DNA of 60,296 bases, counting the filler, from Bipalium vagum (taxonomy: Eukaryota), in NCBI GenBank assembly GCA_037834085.1. It is 3 parts of 3 records of this genome, joined end to end, with 100 filler letters (N's around TTAATTAATTAA, not from the genome) between each part and the next. Parts side by side here need not be neighbours in the genome. Positions count along the whole stretch, not along the records: positions 22,113 to 43,621 come from JBBMKC010236031.1; 2 more parts are not named here. One strand, 5' to 3'. Positions 25,797-36,188 of this stretch are shown here, piece by piece. A program made the position numbers and the translations under genes. Every line of letters begins with the position of its first letter. Within the stretch, counting starts at the first letter, position 1. The notes under the pieces are model-generated. The model was given only the letters and a program-made list of their open reading frames with translations. It was not told the DNA's origin and did no database searches.

Positions 25797-26310
25797 CAAG
25801 TATCTTTTTTGACCGATCGATTACATAAATTATATTTTTTCACAGATTTTATATACATTTTATATATTTAAATACTAAACTTTTTCATGTCGATAATAAA
25901 GAAATAGATATTAAGACAAAAAAGCCTGTCATTACTATCAAATATTTTATGATACTTATGTTACTTTATTAATGTTTTTAGATAAATGCAATGGATGTGG
26001 CACAATATTTCAAGAATGCACATCAAAAAGAAACACTGATTGTGTTTCGTGGCGCTGCTACACGAAATGAAGAGCTTATTTCCATTTTTCTAAAGATGCT
26101 CACATCTAAAGAATTGAATAAATTTGGGGAAAACTGAAGACTAGGATTGAGTCAATGAAGGGCTTCTTAGGAATCATACGTATTTGTGAATGAATCTGGT
26201 GACAAAATATCCGATCGAGGAATTACTAATCAATTTTATTATTTAATCAATTTGTAAATCGAAAATCATTTGTATTTGTTTTTCAAGTATCTTTTTTGAC
26301 CGGGTCGGTC
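25797..26310 (+). mobile_element. Internally deleted Merlin-like element
   Basis: N-terminal CNGC...DCVSWRC joined to C-terminal AHI*RIE*IWGKLKTRI. Direct repeat CAAGTATCTTTTTTGACCG at 25797 and 26284. Confidence 0.5.
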
Positions 26311-26453
26311 AAAAACACATGATCCAAAATAATAAATTAAATATAACAAATAAAAAAAATAAGTAAATTTTATTTTATTTTTTAAAATTAGCACAAATTT
26401 AATAATTTACTATTTTGTTTTATTAATATTGTGAGATAAATTGAAAATTAATC

Positions 26454-26513
26454 GGGGCATGTAGTTCATCGGTTAGAGCAGTCCATGCGCATGTGAAAGG
26501 TTCCGATACCTCC
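26454..26513 (+). pseudogene. tRNA-Ala(CGC)-derived pseudogene lacking the T-arm
   Basis: GGGGCATGTAGTTCATCGGTTAGAGC (acceptor 5' strand, D-arm, A-box), anticodon loop TG-CGC-AT, then AGGTTCCG joined directly to ATACCTCC. Confidence 0.65.
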
Positions 26514-27587
26514 GATTAATTTTCAACTAACAAATGTGTATCATTTGTTTGCAAGATATTTTAAATTTATTAACTTTATCGTAAAAAATATTATGGATAT
26601 AAAATTTTAATAACACTAAAATTAAAAAATGAAATATTTCCTTAAAAAATATTTTTTACTTATTTCCATTATTTTACTATTATATTTATTTATTTTATTG
26701 TCTTCCTTGGGAAAATTTATATTTTCATTTTCATTGAAATGGGTTTTAAATGACTACTGAACTGCAGAAATCATTACTTTTTGAACTAATTAACTGCTGC
26801 ATCAGAATATTTAAGGCTTTATTTTCTCTTTCTGAGACTTTTATTAGAAGAACTAATGATCAAATTTATTAATTTAAAAATGAAATTTAATAATAATTTT
26901 GTATAAAATATTTTTCACAATAATTCTCCTGTAGGTCACTTTTACCATATTAGGAATTTTACAACAATTACACTTTTTCTACCTAAACGAAAAGTGTGTC
27001 CTTGTTAAAGAGGTAATTTAGCTAATAAATTAACGAATTAGAATTTTAAAAAATCGGCTTATAGTGATCCTTTACCTTCTCCACAATTTAATTCTTACTG
27101 GAATGTGGTAGATGATGACCGAAGAAACAGGTAATCATTTTATTAATAGCAGGTGGAACCAAACAACTTTAAGGACCTTAAAATGAAATATTTGATTTTC
27201 TTTTATATATAGTATAATTGTTATTCGTTTTTAAAATTATTTTTATCTTTTCCTTTATTATTCCTAAATCAAGTTTTATTATCTCAAGTATAAAAATAAT
27301 TATAATAGTTTTAGTTATTTATTCTTATGTACTTCAGCTCTTAATTTTTATTTCAAGAAATAATTTCAAAATTATAATAAATAACCAATAGAGAATATTG
27401 TAATATCTTCATTGTGTAAGTTGATTTCGTGTAGCTAGATTTTAATTTGAAATAAAAATTCTTTATGTCCTTTATTCTTATTATTGTATTGGTCAACTAT
27501 TCCAAATTATGTGACACACTATCCTATGAAATTCACAAAAGCATTTCATTGGTCAATTTTTTGAAATATTAGAATAATCAAATTAAA

Positions 27588-27595
27588 TATAAATA
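27588..27595 (+). promoter_or_regulatory. Candidate TATA box of the neuropeptide gene
   Basis: TATAAATA ~50 nt upstream of a putative 5'UTR intron donor (27646). Reverse CCAAT motif ATTGGTCAA at ~27488 and ~27548. Confidence 0.45.
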
Positions 27596-27921
27596 CAGGA
27601 TTTTGTAAACATCTCCAATGAAAATTTAAGTAACAATCTCAAAAGGTTATTAATTTTTCATTATTCTTAAAATGGATAATAAGATAGTAATAAATAATAT
27701 TTCAATTCTAAATTAGTAATGGGACTTATGTGTGAAATAACAATATTATATTCAATTATACGTTTTTAAAAAAAACATGGTTGTTTAGTTTGTGTTATTA
27801 ACTATTACATTTTTAAAAATATAATTATTAATTATAAAAGAAAAAATCGAAATACATCTTGCATAAAGATAATAATATTTATTTAAATATTTTCATTAGA
27901 CATAAATTTTATTTAGATATC

Positions 27922-28131
27922 ATGCCTTATCTCCATGTCATACTATTTATTCTCATTGGAGCTATAATAACCGGAGAAATGTCTGGTCATGATTTAGACA
28001 ATAAAATGATTCGTGCACTTTTTGAACGAAACCTTCAGGATTCTGGATATAATTCAGATGGCTGGAAAAGATACGCAAAGAAAGCTGCTTGGCATGATAT
28101 GCCATGGGGAAAAAGAAAAAGGAATTTTTAG
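27922..28131 (+). CDS. npp-5: PWamide (NPP-5/MIP-like) neuropeptide precursor, 69 aa
   Basis: Hydrophobic signal peptide MPYLHVILFILIGAIITG. KK-AAWHDMPW-G-KR gives AAWHDMPWamide, matching flatworm NPP-5 xW/YxD[ML]PWamides. Acceptor TTTAG at 27916 just before the ATG; AATAAA at 28162. Confidence 0.9.
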   Translation: MPYLHVILFILIGAIITGEMSGHDLDNKMIRALFERNLQDSGYNSDGWKRYAKKAAWHDMPWGKRKRNF

Positions 28132-28830
28132 TTAAGTGTTATTTAGCAGTGATTTTGTATGAATAAATTCATTTATCATTAAATTAAATTTCTTATCGCA
28201 TTCTTTCCGTTACTGATAATTATATAATTTATCAAATAACTTTTCAACGATTATATTATATATTTAAAAATGGAATATTACAAAATTAATCGTCTCCAAA
28301 TACCATATTGCCATTTTTCATCTTTTATTTTATTTATTATCAAATTATTATTATATATCTCAAAGGAATTATGATATACATTATTAACAGTTAGTTGACA
28401 TTAGTTAATTAACATTAATTAACAGTTAGTTAATTAACATTATAAACAGTTAGTTGAGCTTGTCTTGGAATGATAAAAGGTGATCAGTTCATAAAAGTGG
28501 AACAATACAATATAATATTACAAAACCGTAATATTGATGAGAGGTTAACTATTATAGATGTAATATATCAATAAATGCATTCCAAAGGGTTTAAGCAACT
28601 GGACTATGTTGGGAAATACTGGACTTTCTGAAGTATGTTAAAAACCTAAGATTATATATTGGTATTTATGAAAATATAAATATGTATTGTGTTTTAAATT
28701 CAATCTCCATCATAAAATATATATTAATAATAATTATATTATACAATATTAATTATGGAAAACACATTTCTTGATAATGAAGAAATATATCTCAACGTTG
28801 TTATTTACATTTTGTCTTAGAATTTCATTT

Positions 28831-29600
28831 TGTTACTACTATACTTTAACAAAGTAACCTTGGCTAGTCTGTCAGTAACTCTTCACTTTAATAATGTTGT
28901 GCTTGTAATTTGATTTAACTCAACTTGAATCCAAACTCCCACAACAAAACCTTATCTGCTGCTTAACTAAATAAAAAAAATTACAGTAAAACTTTATTAA
29001 AATGCAAAACTAAACTGTTCACACGAATCACCAAAAATCAAAATCAACTCAAGAATCAATACTACTCAAAAATTCAAAACAATCAACAGTCTGAAAACCA
29101 ATTTAACGCTAATGAACGTTAAAATAACTTATGATTAAGAATAATATTTAATGTAAATGAGGTTCAAATGAATAATAAAAATTAAGAACACGAAAAAAAG
29201 AAAATTAAGAAATTAAGAATAGCCTTATCTGGAGCGACAAGGAGTCCACGGGTCGCCCACTAGGTCTCTTTTAGGTCACCTAGAGATTCCCAAGCTCGTT
29301 GGGCCCCCTTGTATAATCCTTTTGTATTTTCATAACACAGGAATAAAAATTACTGTAATCTTCGTTACAAAATTGAAATCTCCGTCTTCTGAAAATATGA
29401 GACTTATGAGAATAGCCGTCTTTTTATATAGTCATAGAGATTAAGCTATCATCACTAATCTCTGCGAATCGAGACAGATATTTCTAAAAATGTCTATTAC
29501 TAACATTATTTCTAACTTTGTCTCCGGGCCGATAACAAAGTTAGGCAAAAGAAATATTAATGTGACCATTACTCCGACGATGGAGTTAATTAATTCTATT
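28831..29600 (-). mobile_element. LTR-like repeat, copy B
   Basis: Reverse homolog of copy A (TATA at 29423-29430, GC-rich leader 29232-29312). Ends TAGTAACA at 28831. 5' boundary uncertain. Confidence 0.65.
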
Positions 29601-29684
29601 GTAACTATTGTCTCAAATTCTCAAAAATTATTATTTTAATTATTCCTCCGATTATAATTATTATTTTTATTATTATTTTAATAG

Positions 29685-29916
29685 AGTGTCCACCCATTCA
29701 GCAACGATCCCGTTCATCCGTAGCTATCCGCCATTCCAAGGAAACACACGATTTATCCAAGTCTTTGCCTTGCCAATTGGAGTATCTAGATACCTGCGAT
29801 TCTATCCTCACCCAATCGACCATATCCGATATTTGCAAATTTATACAAGCCCCGTGGGAACCGCTCAGTTTATCCAGCTAGATTGCAGAAGAAGATTAAC
29901 ATCCTTTTATGCTTAA
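29685..29916 (+). CDS. Putative exon encoding five 13-aa repeats (unknown protein)
   Basis: T-rich tract and AG at 29684; open frame with repeats conserved at protein level; GC content higher than flanks. Confidence 0.5.
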
Positions 29917-30639
29917 ACGTAAATTTTAGTTTAGTTTAGTTACTTGATGTTGAAAGGCATCAAAGTTAATATATTTTTTAATTAGTTATTTTTTGTTCAT
30001 TATAGTTGTGGTTTAAAATTTTAAAACCTTTTTATTGTAGTAAATACTAAAACAGTTTCATAGAACTTTGATTATATTTAAGAAGTAGAAGAAATTTGTT
30101 AAAAGTATACAATATTCTATATTACATAATATAATATAAGACGGCTTCCAAATAAAATTTGAAAGACTGGTCCCGATTCATAATAAATTTTATTTTATTT
30201 TTCATTATAATTAACCAAGCGTGTTCTGTGGGCAGGACACAGTTTGCAGTAAATAATATTAAATAAATTCTCAGACTAGGATCTGAGCATCAAATAATTT
30301 TTTTGAGTATCCTTTCCTTAGGTTGTAACTTTTATTTTTTTTGTTCATATTTCACACTCTAAGTAGGGCGGTGAAATATAATTGTTTTTCTTAACTGAGG
30401 ACCTCTGAGCCTAAGAGCGAGAGGATTTTTATAAATAATAATCTTAATTAATAAAATCACAATCGGTCAGAATTGTTATCACTCATCTGTAACTCATTCA
30501 TAATAATAACAATTGTTTAAATTAATAAAAGTATTAAACCGAAATCGTTATCTCAGTTCATTTAATTAATTTTGTCGAAAACAACCTCAAGCAACCTTCA
30601 ACTGTTGAGACCTAAGATAGACTCAAGCTCCAACCTTTA

Positions 30640-31946
30640 ACATCATTTTAACCACCCTCTTACGGTCTTAACAATAGAAAAGCTTCTCTCCACAGAGCAT
30701 GATGTTTGCTGACATGATTAAAGCAGAGCCAAAGTTGTAGGTCGTACGTCCTCTCTATTGCTGTTGATAATTGCACTAAGATCATTGTTTGATAAGCGCT
30801 TTTCAATGTAAGCTCTTATATTACATGGATCATCCTGGAAAAAGAGTTTGGCTAGATCTTCTGCAACTTCACGAATTGTATATTGAGTGCTCTCAGCTTT
30901 TACTATTAGTTTGCTTAAACTCTGATATTTTGTTAGCTGAATAAGTTCTCTAGCCAAACTGCTGCTTGATACAGATTGCTTTGCGCAAGAAATAAGTACC
31001 CCATTGCCTTCAAAACTTTCCACAATATGCCGAACAGTAGGAAAATATTGAGCATACCAGATACCTGCGTTTAGCCATGTACCCAAACGTGTCAATACTG
31101 GCTGTGGCGGCTGATCTATAGCAGCAAACTGCAAACGGTGACCTTTATTCTTAACAGTTACCATTTTGACACAAGAAATAACATCGTCAATCGTAGGAAA
31201 GTGCCCACCAAGGCCCATTGCGCAGTAATGCAAAAGGTGACAGACACATGTTACATGAAACATTTGGTTATACATGTTCTTTAATATAGATCCGACAAGA
31301 ATCATATATTTTGTTGCATCAGTTATTAAAAGAATAAAGTTCTACCTGTGTGTGCCAGAAACCGAATCTCATCGTCAACGTACTGGCATACACTTGCCCT
31401 ATTAACGTTATTGGGTAAAGGAACACAATCAAGTAAATATGTTGTTGTTGGTTTGTCGATGCATCCCACAAGAATGTTCATAAATCTGATATTGTTAATA
31501 TCGCTTTCGTCAACAATAAGGAAAATCTTTTTTCCATGAATTAGATCCTTTACATGATTTTTTGCTTCATAACCTAATTGTGACACTTGAGAGCGGCATG
31601 AAAACTCAGATGAACAATCATTTCCAAGGACTTTAAATAGTTTGACAACTGCTGGATGATTCAGTTTATATATTGGAATATCAGCCGCCATAAATGCTTT
31701 AGCTACTTCTGTTGTAAAGCTACATTTTGATATTACCAAAAATGATTGAGTAGAAAATGCTGCCTTCTTATTATTGTGCTTCCCAGATTGACGGTGGCTC
31801 TCTAAAAAATGACGCTTTTCATGTTTTACAATGGCGTTACACAATTTGCAGTACAGTTGATTTGCAGGAGTAGCAATAAATTCTGTCGGGTAATCAAAAA
31901 CGATCCTGTTGACTTTGCATGATTGACTCGCTGCTATCTTTGGCAT
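30640..31946 (-). mobile_element. hAT transposase, CGGBP1/DUF659-like, near-intact
   Basis: Zn finger CKLC...H...H; IFLIVDES; LLITDATKYM (after a frameshift at ~31340); HVTCVCHLLH; PPQPVLTRLGTW; TSCSVERSFS after a stop at 30718. Confidence 0.9.
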
Positions 31947-32353
31947 TGATGGAAATTACAATTACTTAAATTAAAATTACTTACAAACTAAAATTAAACT
32001 TACTTCTATAAAACTTAAATTTGATTTAATTTATTATCTAATATACTCATGCTTAAAAGTGTTAGCCATGTAGAATATTATTTGTATATTATTTAAACAT
32101 TTTTAACAGTATTTTAACTTTATAACTAGGGCAAATCTATTTTAAACCTAAAATCTTTTTAAAACTCTATTATTAACTTTGTTATTAAAAATTTTACCCG
32201 TATTTAACCTTATAAATCACGATAGAGGGACCTTCGGTGACCGAAAATGATATACATGTGCTTTGTAGGTTAAGAGAACCTATAGGACACATTTTAACTT
32301 TATTAACTTTACTTGCCATAATTATTACCCAAAAAAAGAAAAAAAAGAAAAGA

Positions 32354-33520
32354 TATTGGTGTAGGCATAAGTTTTAAAACATTTTTTCATCGTTGTTTTA
32401 CTAATCCAAATATTATCAAATAACTGTCGCGAAATTTTACATTGATATTCAATATATTAAATTTAAAAATATTTTAAAAAAACCAACATATCAATCTTCA
32501 AAATGAGTTATGAAAAATTTTACGTGGTGTTGCATAAGATATAAATTTGATCAGGGCAAAAATGCATCCCAGGCATTAAAATCAATATATTCCTTTCTTG
32601 ATAATAATGGTGTTTCCCGCAGTACCCGTAAATACTGATATTGGTGATTCAAAGACAGAAATTTTGATGTTACTGATCGACCACGTAGTGGTACTTCTGA
32701 TATATTGGAATCAGCCAAATTGGAAGATGTGCTGAATCAAAATACAGCCCAGGCGGAAGCAGAAAAAAGCTAAACAACTTGCAGTTAATCAAAGAACTGT
32801 TGGAGACATGGAAAAATTTAGAAGGCTGGAAAGTAGATTCCGCAATATTTTGTGCCGATTGCTATCCCTTATTGCTAGACAAATAAAGAAAATTTTTTTA
32901 TGGAAAATCATCACTAGAGAGGAAACATTAATTAATTTCAATAATCCAAAACGCAAACATTCGTTCCTGGACCTTTGAATGCCAGCTACTTCAGTTGTCA
33001 AAACAAATATTCACAATAAAAAAGTACTCCTTTGCATCTGGTGGGATATGAAAGTACCCATTCATTATGACCTCCTTCAAGGTGGTGAAACCATTAATGC
33101 GGAACGTTATAGCAAATAATTGCCGCATTTGGTTAAACAAATTGAGAAAAAATACCTTTTCCGGGCCAAGGATCTCGTAAGATTGTCCTGCTACATGACA
33201 ATGCCAAACCGCATGTAGCGAAACATACTCAGGAAACAACTTTACAGTTAAGGTGGGAAGTTTTTACTCACACGGCTTCCTCTAGACCTTGCTCCTATAG
33301 ATTTTCACTTGTTTCGCTCAATGCAACATGAATTAGTCGAATGTCTTTTCAAAAATGTTGACCAGATACGGGATTTTTTCAAGAAATATCTTGTGTCAAA
33401 ACCAATATCTTTCTATCTTTCCGGGTTTCGGCAATTACCTGAAAGATGGAAAAAAGTGATTTCCAATAATGAATATATTATGTTGATGACAGATTTTTGA
33501 ATCCCTGTCGTATAAAAATA
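32354..33520 (+). mobile_element. Mariner element, decayed
   Basis: TIR-like TATTGGTGTAGGCATAAG. Motifs [34 protein letters not shown] and LPERWKKVI. Confidence 0.9.
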
Positions 33521-33546
33521 AATATTATAAATCATTCCATACTCAT

Positions 33547-33780
33547 TCATATGTGATACATTATTATAATGATACATAACACTCTTTCACTCTCTTGAAA
33601 CTTGAAATTTGGTTGAGCAGCTCCATCATCGGACACGGTTCCAAGATCCATTCTTCTCCATTGTTTGCTAACGGTTGTATTTCTGTTGGCAACTCCAAAC
33701 TCGATAGCTTTTTCAACTTCCTTCTTTTCCCGACTCTTCGCTCCTCTAACGCTTTTTAAGGTAGCAACATAATATAGCTC
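33547..33780 (-). pseudogene. Gene fragment ending in an MRG15/MSL3-like chromo-barrel N-terminus
   Basis: 77-codon open frame after a TTTTAG acceptor; contains PNFKFQESERVLC (compare MRG15 PKFQEGERVLCFHG). Confidence 0.45.
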
Positions 33781-34534
33781 CTAAAATTAGAATAATTGAA
33801 AGAGTTCCACCTAGTTTTTGGTCATCGGATTGATCATTATTTATTAGTTTTTAATTTTATTAATTATTATTTTACTTAAATAATATTTGTCCCCGTTAAA
33901 AATTATGTATTTGGGTTTTCGTATTTCTATTATATTTTTAAATTTATCCTCAGTGATTTCGTTTGGCATTTTTGAAGAGCTTTAATATTTTAGTAATTTT
34001 TTCAATATTTTTTTAAAATATTTGATTTTTTTTTCATTTTCATTTTCAATTTCAATTTCAATTTCTAGTAAAAGATTGATTTTTGATTTAAGTCAATGAT
34101 CAAACGATGTGATGCAAAATGAAGTACTTCAAATTATCAGTTATCTTTATTATTTAAAATAAATCAAGAAAGTATTCAACCATAATATTTTTTGTACACA
34201 GAGTCAACAAATTACACAGAGTACACAGTTTAATCTGGGTACAAAAATTTGTAGACCATTTAAATATAAAAGAAACTTAAATACCTATATTTAAAAGGAT
34301 ATATTTCAACTAAAATTTTTAAATAATGTTTAATGTATATCCTCTTTTTTCTCATTAATTTCATTATCTAAATTTATTTAATTAATTTTTAAATCAAAGT
34401 TAACTAACTATTTGAAAAAATTTAAGAATAAATTGGGGGTTGATCAGCCGCCATTTAATAATTCTTTTTGAATTTATTTTTAATAAAACAACTATAACAA
34501 GAATTTGTATAATTAAATATAAATTAAAACAAAG

Positions 34535-35130
34535 TTTTCTGAAGCTCATTCTTATAAAATCTACCCAATATTTTTTCTCTATTTTTATGAATTATTCCAT
34601 AAACAATTGGATTTGTATAATAAATTTCATTAACAATAAAAATTTCATTTGCCTATTTTGCTGTATATCTTTTTTCGAATTTATTTTTATATTTAAAAAT
34701 TCTTACATGATTTCCAATAAGAAATTTTAGTTTTAATTTTAAATGATCTACAATATTGGAAACTTTGTTTCCGAGAGGTTCCCTCGTATTTTCATGTTTT
34801 TCTTTTTTCTCGATCTTTAGTTTCTCTGGATTTTAAGAAGCCTCGCTTGGGGAAATACCAATTGATGAATGAATTTTTTTATTATAAAAATTAATTAAAT
34901 TTGATAAAATATGTAACCATTTTCTATTTCTCTGTTTAGTAAATTTTTTGAACATTAAATTTTTTAGAGTTCTATTAAATCTTTCAATGACAAATTCATT
35001 CTCTGTTGAGTAAATTTCGATCTCATTATCATCACAAAATTCTTCAAATGTTTTATTATAAAATTCTGTTCCTTTATCAACCAAAAGTTTTTCTGGAACC
35101 CTATTAGAATTTTTAAATATTTTATCAAAA
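34535..35130 (-). mobile_element. Polinton/Maverick-type integrase remnant
   Basis: VDKGTEFYNK, YSTENE, IERFNRTLK, YNKKIHSSIG, then KFLIGNHVRIFKYKNKFEK...EIFIV...TNP...GRFYKNELQK. Confidence 0.85.
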
Positions 35131-36188
35131 CCATTTGTATTTGATTGATATATTTATATTTCATATTGTATTTTATATTTTAAACAGATAGGAAGGAAAT
35201 TTAATTAAACTCCAGGTTTTAACTCTACATAAAAATAAAAATTATATTTACATAAAAATAAAATTATATTTGTAAACAACGCAAAAACACAAATATATAA
35301 AAGAACATGAAAAACACTAAAACACTATAATGTTTTCAGAATATTCACTATATTGTCATTTATTGTTATTTTGTCGAGAATTTGGGACTGGGCCTTGGAA
35401 TCTCCACGTATTGATTCAATAAAAACATCGCTGACGAAAAGAATGTGTCAAAGTAGGGAAAAAAGATCATATTTGTGACTCAAATTTTTAAAAAATTATA
35501 TTTTAAAGTTTTAAGCTGAATTTGACTCGTAATAAATGGTTGTGATCTTGTTTTGTGATTCATTAAATAGGTAAATAATGATTAATCTTGAAATACTTGA
35601 ATGTTCATAAAATCATTTCGCTTAAAGTTAAATTTTTCTGGAGACATTGATTCCTAATTCAAGAATCACATATTTCAGATTTTGGTATCAGCATAAAGGA
35701 AGTGGTATCCTTACAAGTATAAAATTCTATGTATGATTTACTAAAACAAAATAATCGTACTCATTATTTCTACTTTACATGACAACTGTATATATAATGG
35801 TGATTAATTAAAACCTCACATCACGAACAGCTTGATATTGAAAATTATCTACAGCCCGTCCTTGATTGTAGGTGAAATTTGGTTGACATGCGTAATTATT
35901 ACATTTTTTAATTTAACAAAAATATAATTAAATTTTCAAGACCATGTTCATATGATGATCAATAGCATATGTAAACAAAACTTCATAAAATAGTATTAAA
36001 CATGTGAAAATATTTAAATAAAAGTAAATATTATTTATCTTATACAGATAAATTGATGTCATAATTATTATTATTTATTATTAAATAGTTAAATAGTTAA
36101 TGAATTGTTTAAATTAGCTTCATAAATCTTATAATCTTGAATCAAGTTTTTTCAAAACAATAATATATTTATTTAATTTGAAGTTAAA

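Noticed and set aside
27859-27921. N-terminal extension of the neuropeptide ORF
   Set aside because: TTG start inside an AT-rich putative intron; the signal peptide begins at ATG 27922.
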